A stretch of 64,000 bases of DNA, from assembly GCF_009914755.1 (NCBI RefSeq), contig NC_060928.1. One strand, written 5' to 3'. Below are positions 30,554 through 45,918 of the stretch, piece by piece. Numbering within the stretch: position 1 is the stretch's first letter; each line of letters opens with the position of its first letter. Both the position numbers and the translations under genes were made by a program. The stretch is from the human T2T-CHM13v2.0 reference genome, Homo sapiens. A model generated the notes under the pieces. It had not been told where the DNA came from. It saw only the letters and a list, made by a program, of their open reading frames with translations, and did no database searches.

Positions 30554-31293
30554 ACTGCTGTTTTTTTAATTGCAATTTTTGCTTTTGTTTATTATTGTAG
30601 GCCATCTCTGTTCCAAGGTTCAGCCTAAAGCAAACTTAAAGTCTTCTAAGGTATTTTTCTGAGCCTTTCTCTGGGCACCAACTGGTCACTTTCTAATTTT
30701 TCTCCTATATGCACTTGTTTTTGAATAAACTAGTATTTAATATTTGGTTCTAAAATGAAGAACTAGAGAAAAATGAAAGAGGAGTATAAACAGACACTAG
30801 GCCTTTAGATGTCCTAGAAGTCACTTTTGCCAAAGGAAGAGGAGCTTGCAACAATGAGCAAGGTGTGGCAACAATGTTCACCCACCTCTGTCTGTAGCTC
30901 TGAAATCAGAAGTGTCAATCAACAATCAAAGAACAGATACCCCAAATGTAAAGGACAGCATCATTTTTGCTTACCCTGGCTCCTGCATTCTGCATGCAAG
31001 CTTCTCCTGTTTTTGACAGTTAATATTTTAATAGGCCATATGTTTATCAATTCCCTTGCTCACTATCACATCAAATTTACAGCTAATTTTCCTGATTCCT
31101 GAAGTAAACAATTTGTTTCCATGTTGTTTCCATTTACATTGGTGATAAAGTATATGTTTTGTGTGTCTGACACAATAAACAAATCGTGCCCTAGTTTTAT
31201 AATTATTTTTTAAATTTCCACTTAGTCTTTTTGTAATATTTTACTTTATTTTGATATTCATCATTTCTACTGAGAAATTTGCTACCATCTCAT

Positions 31294-31383
31294 AGTAATT
31301 TATCTGCCTTTTTAAGATCTTCCTCTTTGAAGTGACACAACCAAAAGGCAAAAGGAAGATCTTAAAAAGGCAGATAAATTACT
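31294..31383. repeat. Perfect inverted repeat, 31-bp arms, 28-nt loop
   Basis: agtaatttatctgcctttttaagatcttcct (31294-31324) / aggaagatcttaaaaaggcagataaattact (31353-31383). Confidence 0.97.
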
Positions 31384-32324
31384 GCCTTTTTAAAGTATAT
31401 ATATTTTTTTCCATTTGAGTTTCATTGTCATCTTAAATCTGAGGGTTTACATAAGTGATTCTATATTGTTTTATATTATATAAATTATTAATTATTATAG
31501 TTTATTACACTTTATGCAATTATTATTCATTTTGACCAAAATATTAACTTCTCCCTTCTCTTTCTATTGTCTACTTTAGGAAATATTGTTGCATATATGT
31601 TAGTCCTGACTTTATATCTTAATTTTTCATTTATATTTTCCTTCTCTTTTCCTAAATACACTGCATTATTTGATTGACTCCATTATTTGTAATTCAGGTC
31701 TATCTCTGAACTTATTTAATCATCCTCCTCTTTTATTTAAACTATTATTTAACATATACATATCAATTTTAATTTTAATAATTCACTTTTAATTTTTAGA
31801 AGATATATTTTGGCTTTTTCAATTTTAGGAACTTATTCAAGAAATACAGGGTTAGTATAAAACTTGAAAGTAAAATAATAAACAAAATGATCATCAATGT
31901 AGAAATATAGAAAAAGTCTCAATAGTGTAAACATTTTGCCTCTCTCTAATTTCATCAGTAGATTAAATGTAGTATTAGTTAAAAACTTAGCAGGAATGTA
32001 TAGAAATTCACTACTGATAGTCACATATGCTATTTTTGGAAGTTAAATATAATATAATAATTTGGAAAATGATGCACCTTGGATAGCTTCATATGCATAC
32101 ACACACATAAACTCACATGTAATATTCGGTCTCACTTTTCAACTCATATATGTATATACCAAAAGAATTGCATATTTTGCACACAGAAATAAAGTGTACA
32201 AAATTGTAGCAAGTAGTATTATTCACCATAGTACAAATTTAAATACACTTTAAATGTCTGTTAGCAGTAGAATGTATAAATACAATTCTGATACTCAAAT
32301 ATAGTAAATTATACTTATTGATGA

Positions 32325-32898
32325 TAGTTCCTCTATAAATCATCACTAACACCAAATTACTGAATACTGATTTCATAAAGGAAGTGAAAAGTTATGATCT
32401 GTTGAGCTTTTGTTCATAATATTTTAATCAACCAATCAATACATCACCTTGCTTTATGTATGTATATGTCTAAAGACACCTTATTTAATATACATTGTTA
32501 ACTGATGAAGATGGAACTCATGGCCAACAGCATTACAACTCATGCCTTAACAAAACTTACTGTTAGGTGCATCACAACCTTCTTGTACTTGGGAACTCTA
32601 GACAGCACTTCAACACTATGTGTGGAGGACATTTTAAACAGCAAAATTGTCAAAATCACCGATTTTTTTTTAAAGGTGTTAAATTGAACATGGAAAGAAT
32701 ATTCATTTATAGTATGAAAGTTGAAACAAGAAGGCAGAATATCTTCTTGTTCAAATACACAGAGGCATGTGTATATTTACTAATAAAAAAGTTTTCACAT
32801 CTAGGTATGCCCACAAATGACCATAAAATGCCATGGTTATAAATAAATTTAAGCAAGTAGGTAACTACAAATACAGAATCCACAATGAGAATCAACTG
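32325..32898. mobile_element. TcMar-Tigger DNA transposon fossil (MER82-like)
   Basis: ggaactcatggccaacagcattacaactcatgcc...gcatcacaaccttcttg...ctagacagcacttcaacac...ttttaaacagc. Terminus caaatacagaatccacaatgagaatcaactg. Confidence 0.7.
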
Positions 32899-33996
32899 TA
32901 ATCAGTTTCTCCACAGCAATAAAAGAAAGAATTACCCTAGCAACAGCTACAAACAAAATGATCTTGCAATCATCATGTAAAGCACAAATAGCCAGATTCA
33001 GATTGTGAATATCATACATATCCATTTATGCTCAAAATCAGTCAGTAGTTACATGTGGTAATAGAAATCTACACAATAATTTCCTTCAAATAGGTAGTAT
33101 CTAGAAGGAGTAATACAAATAATTATTATTATAATAACATGGTCATAAGGAGAATGCATTTGGACTGTGCCCCAATTTATCAACCTATAAAAATGTGTTT
33201 AGATACTAAGTTGAAAAATCTCCACAATCATGATTGTATCATATTATTATCTGCTTTAGCAATTTGTGAAGTCTTTTAAGTTCCCTTAGTATTTCATAAT
33301 AATAGGCATTTTGAAAAATAATACAGTTTATGTAATTATTACCATATCACTTGAACATTTTATTATTAATATTTTCTATTAATTTTAAATGTTTCACCAT
33401 TATTTGAAGGTGGAATTATATGAATAATAAGTGATGTTAGCTCTTTCCACTTTTGAACATCACTTAGATAATTTATATTCAGAGAGTATAGTTCTCTAGT
33501 TTGAAAACTCAATTTAAAAACCAGCCTGGTTATTTCTAAAATATATTTCCAATTTTAATCCACCAGCAAGGAGTTTTGATAATCCCAAAATGAATGCTTG
33601 TCATTTGTGTTGGCCTATGTTGCAGCTGAAATAAAAAGCCAATCTAGTCAAAATCCAACAGTCTCAAAAATCGGAAACAAAAGAAGTGAAATATACAGCA
33701 AAATTTTTTCTCACAATAAATATCAGACCATTAGATTGTATATTCATAAAAAATGTGTAACCTCAGGGCCTTAGGGTTTTCTATTAGAATAACTTCTTCC
33801 TTTTACTCATGGTTGTACTGCTCATTCTCATATTAGAAATTGAAACATTAGGCCAGTTATTCACTGTCAATTTATAAACCTGGAAGTGCCAGCTCTTCAT
33901 AGAAGAAATGTTTTTCATGTTTGTATTTGTGAAATAAGAAACACAAAATAAGCATTTGTTAAATAAGTACAGAATATATGGATGAAATGCTACATG

Positions 33997-34044
33997 GGTG
34001 AGTGAATGGATGGATGGATGGATGGATGGATGAATGAATGGATC
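33997..34044. repeat. (TGGA)n/(TGAA)n simple repeat
   Basis: gaatggatggatggatggatggatggatgaatgaatgg. Confidence 0.9.
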
Positions 34045-35078
34045 CATGTGAAGTTGTTAATCACTTTTAGAATGTGTAGTCCTACTTTGAACATCTTAAC
34101 ACTTTTTGTAGTGCTAGACAGAAATCAAAATTAGAGGGTTAATTTCAAACCAATATTGACTGAAAACATTCTCTGTAAATGAAAAGAATGTTTTGGGTCC
34201 AGTTTCCCCAGAAATTTTGATAGGAAACGGGCATATAGCACTTCCACATGCCAGGGTCTACTATAAATGCTTTACATGCATTATTCATCTAATTCTTAAA
34301 ATAACTTCGTAAGATACATATATTTATTATTCCCATTTGACAGATTATACATATCTCATAAAGCTAGTTAACTTAATTTCCTCTGAGCTGAGAAGCAAAA
34401 GATGAAAAAAATTAAGGGAGTAGACTCTAATGCCAGACTGACTGGACACCAACCCTGTACTTCACCTTGGTTGTTGTGCAACTGATTTCAGGTAAAGAGC
34501 ATGAGCTGCAGCAGTCAGTGGCTCAAACTTGAAGTATGAATTCAGAGAACTGTGAAAGCATGACGATGACAATGTTTATTAGAGATTGCTTTCTCTATCT
34601 CTAACCTACTTACATATTATTTATTTTACTACTACCTAGCAAATTCTACTAGGTTACTGTCATCTAGTGAAGCCTACAATTGTCTTGGTCTTTGTTAAGA
34701 ATAAAATAAGGAGACCTCAATTCCGGTTCTGTAATGATAAGCAGGAATGTCTTAATTGGCCTCTGCCTGCTCCGACTGTGCCTTCCTTGCTCTAGACAGA
34801 ATAAGCAGCTGGGAGGGAGATTTGTGTGGAGCTAGGCAGGTTAATATTACAAAGTGTTCATGGATCTAATTTTTGAAAACAAAAAAATTAAATTATCTCC
34901 TGAATTCATTAGGCTTAAGGAACAGAATGAGAGAAGAGTTTGCAGAAAATGCATAAATTTTCTAGTTATCCAAGTAAGGAAACACATTATCAGTGACAAT
35001 CAAGTTACCTGGTAAAGATTACTACAATGATATAAATATTTTTTAAAGATTTACTTTTTAAAAAGTAGTAATTATTCA

Positions 35079-35342
<264 letters not shown>

Positions 35343-36100
35343 TTAAATATATATATATAAAGTTTAATTAATAGAACATATTTCAGTTCATTAAATATGT
35401 ATAGAAAGCAATGTAAATGAGATTCCTTTAAAATAAATTTTATGTTCTTAATTACTTATTTTTCTAGTAAAATGTAGTTCTTTCATTTTTTTTCCTACTT
35501 GGTTATAACTCAGCAACTTCAGAAAGTCCAACATCTTTCCTCAAATTTTCTCAGTCTCAAGGTTCTTTAACAGAATAAATGTCACACTAAAGTATATTCC
35601 GAGTTTTACACAACATTGGTGGCTGTCCTTATGGCAAATTCATAGTTTTGTTAAGAGTCATGTAATCTTGTGGAAAAGACTGCAGGGTTCTTTTAATTTG
35701 TAATAAATCAGAGGCTTAAATAAATTATAATAAGATAGTTATTCACAATGGTTATTTTATTTTTCAATCAAGGTCAAATTGTATAAAATCTTTCAATATT
35801 CCCAAAGCTTCTTATTCTGCTTCCTTACCTTAGAACTGCCTTCTGGTTGAAGACTGCATACTTTGTGTTAGATGACCATAAATGAGGCCAAGAAAGCCCC
35901 TCTATTTCCTCTTTTCCTTCATATTGTCAAAAAATGATTGTGGAGGAGATATGCAAGCCCTTGTGATTTATCCTGGGAGTCACAGCATAAGTAAAAGCGT
36001 ATGAAATGTTTTCACGTTTTCTTTTATTCACTGTTCCATTACAGTTAGGAAAACCACTAATAAGAGAGACTGGTTAAAATGTACATAAAATGTATGTGCA

Positions 36101-36388
<288 letters not shown>

Positions 36389-38947
36389 TTATGTGCAGTA
36401 AAAATGTTATTTACATAATAATAATGTAATGATAAACAATTATTCCAGTATTTCATTTGATTTTTTTGTCTGACAATTAACAACGTCTAATTTCATTTAT
36501 TTGTATACTCCAGTTGTTATCTCTAAGCTAATTTAGAACACTATTTTTTCTAATCTATATAAAACCATTAGTTTTTCAGCAGAGATACCATTCATATGTA
36601 TTTAATACTCATAAGACAAAAATCAACCACACTTTCATCATCACTATCACCAAGCGTTTATTTTTAAAGATAATACTGATGGCAGATATACCACATTTGA
36701 CATTGAGTAACCACATTGAACAACTAAAAATGTAACCTTTCTCAGGCTGCATAACCATCATAGGTGGTTTTCCTTTTTGCATAAAATTTGGAAATTAATG
36801 TAAATAGCAAAGCACTTTGCAATGAGACATCCAGTGTGTGGCCTGCTGTTTATGTTCTCCAAATGTCAGATCTAATTCAGGAAGGCTCTGGAGTGTCCAT
36901 TAATTTTTAAGATCTGGTTCAGTATTGCATGGTTTAGGAACATGAAACAATAGTGTTCTCTTCTAAACAGCACAGATTGTTCTAAGCTTCTAAGACATAA
37001 GCGGAAAGTCTGAAAATGAAGCATGAGATGTATGGTGTTTCAGGTAGTCCTGGAGTTATGAAATTAATTCTATGTACCATGGCCATTACAGGTGACTACT
37101 CGGGAGGTCAACCTGAGTAAAGTCCTTGGCACTCTTAAGGAGGTAGCCCAAAGGCAGAAGTCTGTCTTCACTACATGCTTAGAATGCAGTATTACACTTT
37201 CATTCACCAATTCCTACTGACACACTGTTTTCTAAGTCAACCTTTTCTTCAGAAATATACTGAATGTCAAGGACAAGAATCTATTTTGCGAGAAACAAAC
37301 ACTCGATAAAATATGTACTTGAGAGGCATGAAGAAGTGGGAAAAAAGTGGGAACTAAGGTTGGTGAAAGGCTCTGAATACAGGGAAATTGTTTACAAATT
37401 CTTCGCCATTGCGTAAAACCTGCCAAAGTAATGAAAAGTGTGAGTGACCTGACAAATAACTGTCAGCCAAACAACTGCTGAAACACGAAAGATTTCCACC
37501 CCTTTGTTTGCTACAGAACTATTCAACAGTAAAATAAACTGCTCTGCTGGAAATTATTTTCTGTTTGGATGCTGTCCCTATAAGACATCCTTGACCAGAC
37601 TTACAAGCATTTTTACAAAGCCATTAAAAGTTTCCTGACAGTCATCCTGGATTTTCTTTGCTTTGGTTTATGCTATTATTTCTGATTATATTATATTATT
37701 TCTCACTTTACAATAGCACTCTTTTATTTTCTCAGATTAACATTGATTTCTATGGAAGAAAAATAGTAGAGGATTGTTTTTAAGCATGAATTAGAGATTT
37801 AATGGGCCAAAAAGGAGACACAGAATCCAGAGATGAAAAATAAGATTAAGATAATACATACTGATGAAGAAAGCTGCCAGGGATTATATCAAAGAGTATT
37901 ATTAAATCGCTTTTACAGAAATGTATACTAACATTTAGAGTGAACAGAATAAATAAGATATTAAACTAATGGAGATGAGAGTCCTGGAAAAGACAATTCT
38001 AATTTATAATTAGAATTTATTTCTTTTGGATCTTTTCCATATTTAATCACATATTTCCTACATATGTATTATACTTTCCCAAAATGTTAAGGAGTACAAG
38101 TTATATCACTACTGATGGTATAAATTTTAATTAGCAATTTAAATAATGTTACTCATATCTGATTTGCTAAGCCAAAGTAAATCAAACAGAATCATATATA
38201 CACTTGTCTTCTACTAGGATGTTGCCATTTTCATTTATTAGACTAATTACCTATTAAAAATACTTTGCCCTAAAATCTTTAAATTCCAATCTTTCCTTCC
38301 TTCTTTTTCTTATTCTCCTTCTCAGGTCATCCGGCATCATTCCTAAAGACAGATATTTCTCACAAACATGTCTATTCTCCTTGCTTTCACCTCAATAAGT
38401 TGCTGTCAGGACTACCTCCTCTCATCCTTCTATCTAAAAGATGTGTCCACTACTCCTTACTTTCAGAAATATCTGCCCTCAATTTTTCTTATAATTTTAA
38501 CTATTCAAGTATTCAAACATTCACATTGCCCCATAAATTTAAGAAACACTTCATAAAACAGTTTCAATTGAATTAATATTTCCATTTCAATCATCCATCT
38601 AATTATCTTCAGACTTTTGAGCAAGCTTTCTGGAACATTACTTCCATTTCCCAACCTTTCGCTCTAAACTAACCATGCTTCACATTGGCTTTCATGACAT
38701 CATCTCTTTTAAAAGATATATTTTCAAGGTCACCAGTGGCCTCAGAATTTCTAATTATTATCCTTTATTTCTCATTGGAAAGCATTTATTGAGAGCTTAC
38801 TATGTGAAGAATATTGTGCAAAGCTATGTTTGAAAATTAAAAACATGAATAGGAGAGAACGCTTGCTTTCAAGTTGCCTGTAATTTCTGCCGCATTTAGC
38901 TGTTTTAGACACTTGATTTGTCATAAAAGGTTCTTTCATTCTTGCAA

Positions 38948-39262
38948 GGAAGAGATTGGCAAATAATGGTCCCCCAGGCCAAATTTGGCCCACTGCCTAA
39001 TTTGATATGATCCAGAAACTAGGAATGTTTTCTTATCTTTTAATGGTTGGAAAAAAATAAGAAAAAGGAGTACAATTTCATGACAAGTAAACATTATATG
39101 AGATTCAAATTTACAGAAATGAAGGTGTTGTAACCCAACTACAACTATTCATTTAAATATTATGGCATCTTTCATGTTATAATGACAGACATATGAACTG
39201 AAAAGTCTAAGATATTTACTTACTACCTGGCCATTTGCAGAAAAAAAGTGTTGCTGATCCCA
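38948..39262. mobile_element. hAT-Charlie MITE (MER58-like)
   Basis: ttggcaaat..ggccaaatttggcccactgcct ... tacctggccatttgcagaaaaaa.tgttgctgatccc. Confidence 0.8.
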
Positions 39263-39918
39263 TGTTAGTGTACATTCTGACCTTAATTATCATTTTTGTC
39301 CTATTATTTAAATTATTTCTGCCTGTGGCAGCTCCTTTATCTTCAGTTCCCTGGATGTGGCTTCAGAAAAGCCAAGGCTCAGACTTTAGTTTTCTGCTGT
39401 AATTCTTTTACATTAAATTCCTCTGAAAACTCATCCATTCTGATTGCCTAATTACTATCATGGTCAGGTAACAACCAGACACTAATCTATGGCTTTGTCA
39501 TTCACCAGGCTTTCCTCCGCTGTCACCTTCTAGGAAAATTGTTGAACAGGCAGTTTCAAAGAGAGAGATAATATAGAACAAAAAAGTATACTATCTTAAA
39601 GGAAGCATTAAAGTTGATCCAAAACTTAATGAAATAAATAAACCAAAGAAAGAATGAAATACTTGCATACGTGAACACGAAGAAAGTGATTTGTATTACA
39701 AAAGTTTAAAAAAACTGAGTAGTTCTATACAACAGGAGACTATTGAATAGTAACATAACAAAGTAAAATTCATAATAAAAATATTCCAAACATATATTGA
39801 ACATAAGTATAGTTTATATGTCAAATATCTTGTCTTTTAGAAAAAAAAGAGTAAACGTATGGACTTTGGAAGATGTGAAACTAAAGCACTGAAAGAGCCA
39901 TTAATTAAATGCTAATGA

Positions 39919-40228
39919 GGCCGGGCGCAGCAGCTTACACCTGTAATCACAGCACTTTGGGAGGCCAAGGCAGGTGGATCACTTGAGTTCAGGAGTTCAA
40001 GACCAGCCTAGCCAACATGGTGAAACCCCATCTCTACCAAAAATGGAAATACAAAAATTAGCCAGGCACGGTGGTGCACGCCTGTAATCCCAGGCACTCA
40101 GGAGGCTGAGGCAGGAGAATGGCTTGAACCCAGGAGGCAGAGGTTGCAGTGAGCCGAGATCGCAGCACTGCAGTACAGCCTTGGCGACAGAGTAAGACTC
40201 CGTCTCAAAAAAAAAAAAAAAAAAAAAA
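39919..40228 (+). mobile_element. AluS
   Basis: Full Alu dimer with poly-A. Confidence 0.95.
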
Positions 40229-41404
40229 GTAAATATCTGGTTCTCTGCGTAATTTGGATTACAATGCATTCTGTAATTTATGTGAATAAAAACAAACTGT
40301 CGCTGGTATTATGAAGAACACAGAAATACAAATGTGATAAATAAGGTGGCCTAACATGTATACATCCAACTTGGGTTCCAAAATAGGGAGCCTTGGAGAT
40401 TCACCCATGTTTCTTAGGCAGACACTGCTAGACAAGTACTGAAAGAAAACAGATGTTGAGACAAAGGAGGGGAGAGAGGGTTTGGTGTCTTAATATATCA
40501 TTAAATAAAGGCATGTAAGTCTGAAAACTTGTGGAAACACTGCAGGCCTGGGTCTCTCACTGATCTAGTTAGTAGTTATGAAAAATAAACATATTTTAGT
40601 AGTTTTGCATTGTTTTACTTTTATGCTTCTCTACCAATCAGGTTCCTAAGACAGGCAGAGAGTCCCTACCCACTTGTTGTAACTGAAAATTGAATTGGGA
40701 TGTTCTCTGGGCTGCCAATGTGTGTAAATTAACCACTCTCTCTGCTCCTTCCTGCCACAAATAATGTATAAGATTGCATCATAGGAAATACAACCGTCAA
40801 CACAGTCTTCTGTTTTCTTCAGAGTTTCTTTTAATTACTCTTTCCTAGTGCCCCCTCTTTTGTAAAAAAATAATTAATACATTTTGGTATGAATTTTAAT
40901 TAATTAATTACAAATGTATAACTTTTATATCCATTGTTTATCAACAAATGTCCTGTCCATTAGCTAGAGCACTCTACTTAATATTTCATGAAAAGAAAAG
41001 ATTTTCCACAGCTATTGAAAAGCACCCCAAAATACTTTGTCAAATTATTTTCAATCTATATTTGGCAGCCAAATTTCCAACACCTACATAATTCATTCCT
41101 AACTTTGAGGTGTTTCACTGATTTTTTTCTTGTCTGAATTTTCACAGAATTTTCATTTTGTGACATATAATTTGGCAATGAATCATATATTATATTTCCA
41201 ATTAAAATGTTAGCCTTTGCTATTCCAGTATTTCTACATTTCCCAAACATAATGCTGAAGGTGCAATATTTGCTTAGTAAATACGTGTTTAAATATCACT
41301 TATAATAGCCAAAAAGAAAAAATAGTCAAGAAGTGGTGTATGTTACTCAATCACGATGTTAAACACTATGCAATGTCATGCAGAATCATTGAGAAACTGA
41401 ATTC

Positions 41405-41718
41405 TAGAGTAGTACTAATCAAAATGTGGTCTGTAAACTGCTGCCAGTTGGCATACAATTTGCTACCAAGCTGAGGATTCCATAGAAATTGAAAATAACC
41501 ATTTAGAAACTTTTATAGCAATTTGACATTGCCATAATATCCCTGTATGTGATCAGTAGACCTATCTACTTTAACAGTATTTAAACCAGTTTGGGTATTG
41601 TCAAATTTGCCTGGAGGATTTCATGTAGTGAAAACTACCTACTGGTTTTACAAGAGAAAAACAGAATGAGCAAAAATCAGTGATTTTTTTTTCTCCCACA
41701 GAGTTTAGGAAGCACTGA
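41405..41718. mobile_element. hAT-Charlie-type DNA transposon fossil
   Basis: TIR-like ends (agtactaatcaaaatgtggtctg ... cacagagtttaggaagcactg). Subfamily uncertain. Confidence 0.5.
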
Positions 41719-42584
41719 TTTCATGCTTTTTTATTCTAGCGCTCTCTCTCTCTTTCAGTATTTCTTTCTTTTAAGTATGTATTTTTAACCGAACCTGTCA
41801 CAATCTGAGTCTATTGCTGTAAATTTTAAAAGTGAATAATAAAATACTTGGAGATATAATGTTCAGTTTATCAAATGCAAGGAATATAAATAATTATTCT
41901 GAATGAGGATTTATTCAGTTTGTCATAAATCAAGGCAAATACAACACAGTTACTTTTGTACTGAATTAGAATATTCAGGTTTAGATTCCTAGGATATATT
42001 TACAGTCATGTAGAAATATTTATCTCTATACACACATGATCAAGTCTGAGCTATTTGTGAATATGCTAGATATAAAGTTCCCTTCAATATTGCTTTGCAA
42101 TATTGGAAAAAAATCTTACAAAAATACATTAAATGATTTGGTAGCATTGAATAGCCTCCAAATTTGACCATTTTTTAAAGCACTGAGGATAAAATACTTT
42201 CATAAGTTTTAACTGAGATTACTGCTTATAACCAAAGCAATACTTTTTTTCTAAACTGAGATATATTAAATTTATCCCATTCAATTTCCGATTTCATTTA
42301 TAAATATCATAAGTAGTCTTTCTCATATTAGTCAGAACATAGGTAGTCATGGTAACGTGGGGGCTCTATTTGCCTAATTTGTGCCACATTGACACACTGT
42401 TAGGTAGCATGGTTTTGCTTTAGGATATCAAAGGTCCAAAGGCTACATTACAGAAATTTTTATGCTTTCTTTTAATATATTATGTCTTTCAGCTATACAA
42501 TAAAAACAAAGCTTATGACACTATGCTATCATAAGCTGAGCATTGTTTTCTCTTTATAAATAGTGTATTAGAGAGGTTAAAAAA

Positions 42585-42745
42585 AACAGGCTTTGAGGAC
42601 AAAGAGACCTCAATGTAGTGTCCAAGGGTGCACTTATATTATCTGTGCAAGTAGACCTGTTGAGGCTTGTTAACTCATTGGTAAATTGGGTATAATGATA
42701 TTACCTATCACATGGCGTTATTGTGAGAAGTAAATAAAATCATAT
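42585..42745 (+). mobile_element. MIR fragment
   Basis: ctcattggtaaattgggtataatgatattacctatcacatggcgttattgtgagaagtaaat. Confidence 0.65.
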
Positions 42746-45622
42746 TTGAAAAGGTGAAGTGATCAATAAAAGTTACCACTTATTTTCATCTAGGAAATTA
42801 TCGATGTACTACATTTGACAAAAATTATAACAGTCTACATGTTTTTGATGCAAACTTTTTTTTAAATTCTACCAAATGTTTTGGAAGGAAGTTTGCTGTG
42901 CATGTTCAAGAGATTCAGAGAGCTACTTTAAATGTGGCATGATTATTGCATATAGGGCAAGGAGAATTTTATTCTCTCTATCTGGCGTTTGGCAGTCCCG
43001 TGACTGAGCAAATCACTTGATCTTTCTCATTTCTTTACCTGAAAATCGAGAGGATTAAATCAGAGGTTTGTCAATTTTTTTGATGAAAAAAATTATTTGA
43101 ATTATTTTAACTCTGCTTAAATGTAAAATGTTATAGTGGTTTTTAAAAATATTGAATTAGATGAGAAAAGCTGGTTTAAAAAGACACAACTGTAGGGTGT
43201 TAAATTTCAAATGCTTACAGAACATAAAAACCAAATTCTAGATGCTTCTTGAATGCAGGACTAGATGATTGCTTTCCTGGCTTTTACAGTTACTGTAAAG
43301 GAGCTGAAATCCTGGCTAGGGGGAAGGTCCAGGGGCCATTAGACACTGAGAACAGGAGAGGCAGGCACTTAATGTCTGTTGGGAAAGGTAAACATTTGAA
43401 TAGTAGGGAAAGCAAATTAAATATCAAGAAAAGGTCTAGAGTTAGGTCCAAAAAATAGAAAATAGAGCTTGACAAAAAGGTGTTGGAATTGAAAGCCAAT
43501 ATTAAAGCATTAAAGAAATAGGACAACTACTAGATGTATATCAGTAATTGCAAATTGTATGAACAATGAGGGTTTATGGATGAAACTAATTTAAACCTAG
43601 TATGGATAAGTTGGAATCAAAGAATTAGATGTGTTTAAACTTTCCTCAGTTTTGAATTGTATAGGAGCAGTGATTTTCTTTCTTTAACTTGTGGCACACA
43701 GCACAATTAGTAGATTGGTTAGTGAGGGAAAAAAATTAAAACTAAAGAAAATAATTACCACATAACACATGAAGTTAACTGACCCCCAACTATTGATTAA
43801 TAAATTCTTATCATTGAAAAATCAATAAAATATTTGTTTTAAATGCCCAAAGTACACCTTTCTGTACAATTTTCCTGACAATAGATATTCAACCTTTTCA
43901 TTAAACTTTGAAAAGAGGGAGTTTAGGATACTTTGTTAATGCAGCTTTTAAAACATGGCTGCAGGAATTAAAATGCAGAATTTTTTTTGTACTTCAGTCC
44001 TATCTTGTAGAATTCATTTTCGCAGCCTGATTTTTCATTTAGTGGGTATTTTTTATTTCAAAATCTGCATTATATTTGCTTTATTCATATAAGTGGAAAA
44101 CAGAGACATGAATTCTGTTGAAATAAAAATTCTAGTTATTAAAAGACATTTTATATGAATTCTAGTTGGATTTAATTCACTCTGATCCTCTGAATTTCTA
44201 ATATTATTGTGGAATAAATTTCATTATTTCTTGTCATTACAAATCCATAAAAAATCGAAAACAAACTTTTAAGGAAAAGCATCATACAGTTTGAAGATGG
44301 ACCATCCGATATAATACAAGTTCTCCTTTCTCCCCCTTAAATGTTTCTCTCTCCTTTTAGTAATGACACATGAGTTCTGATAACACATGTTGTACAATTT
44401 CTATTTTTGGAAACCTTAGTTGAAGAGTGAGACAGGTTTTATTAATTACTTTTCTAGATATGCATATGTAGCCTTTCCCTGTGATTATCTCACTCTGCCT
44501 ACTAACTAAAAAATGTTGACATGGAAGGATAAATCAGGTGGATTTTGTGACTGCTGGATTATCCACATTTGATTCAGTACAGTATATCACTTAGGAATAA
44601 AACTTTTTTTTTTCCTGTGGCACATAATCTTACAATACAGATGGTGCTTAGTTCTTGCATCTTTCCATATTGTCTAGCACAGAAGTGCCTTATATGGAAC
44701 AAAGGCTTAACAGGTTTACAAGACTACTATTGACTGAAAAAATTACTCTGAAATGCAATCAATTTATCTTTAAAAACTATAAATGTTTTACAGAGATAAT
44801 TATATGTGTTTAATTTTTAAGCATTACTGTAATTCACACATAAATTTGTTCTACATAAGAATGACTACAAAGAGCTTCGCATTTGATTTCTTACAGTTAT
44901 GTGGTAAAATAATATTGGACAAAGAATTGTTATACATGTATACCATTGCTATGTTTTATCAATTAAAGGAAAACCATAAAAAAGATTTGTTTTTTAAAAA
45001 ACATCTTTTTAAATCTTTAGAAATAAGTGTTACTTAAAGACTTTAGCTCTGTACCTACCTTCATTTTACATGAAAACAGAAATAAAAGGCACGTTATCTT
45101 TGTCCATTACATTTATAACTATATATTTATTATCATATTTTATAAAATATTACATTTCATCTGGGCTCTTTTTTACTAAAAATTTAAATAGGGTTCCAGG
45201 CCACATTATCCATTTTAGGAAAATTTTTCAGAGTAAGAACTTGAAAACAATATTGAGAATTCACAAAACCTGAGCCGGTGATTTAGTTCAAGGTCCACCG
45301 TTAGAAATATATACAGATTATATAATCAGTATGCTATTATTTAATTCTATCTTTTAATTTTTCAAATAAGTTCAAAAGGGAGCTATCGGCTATTAGATAT
45401 CTTTTGTGAAATTATATTACCTACTGTTTAGTGAAAATCACAGATTACAGAGTTAAGTTTTGAATGTAAATGATACTAGATACATAGATTTTTAAACATA
45501 TAATCTCATTCTCCTTTGCTCCTATCATAAGGAGCTAATTTTTCACTTTAAAATAGAGATGGGATAGAACTGATCGCTTCTTTTTCAGGATGGAAGCAAT
45601 AACACTTAGGAGACAGCCAACA

Positions 45623-45918
45623 GGCTGGGCATGGTGGCTCATGCCTGTAACCCCAGCACTTTGGGAAACTGTGGTGGGCAAATCACCTGAGGTCAGGAGT
45701 TCAAGACCCGCCTGGTCAACATGCTGAAACCCCGTCTCTACTAAAAATACAAAAATTAGCTGGGCGTGGTGGCACGCCCTTGTAATCCCAGCTACTGCAG
45801 AGCTGAGGCAGGAGACTGGCTTAAGCCCCAGAGGCAGAGGTTGCAGTGAGTTGAGAACATGCCACTGAAATCCAGCCTGGGCAACAGAAGGAGACTCTGT
45901 CTCAAAAAAAAAAAAAAA
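45623..45918 (+). mobile_element. AluS
   Basis: Full Alu. Imperfect TSD gagacagccaaca/gagagagccagca. Confidence 0.93.
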
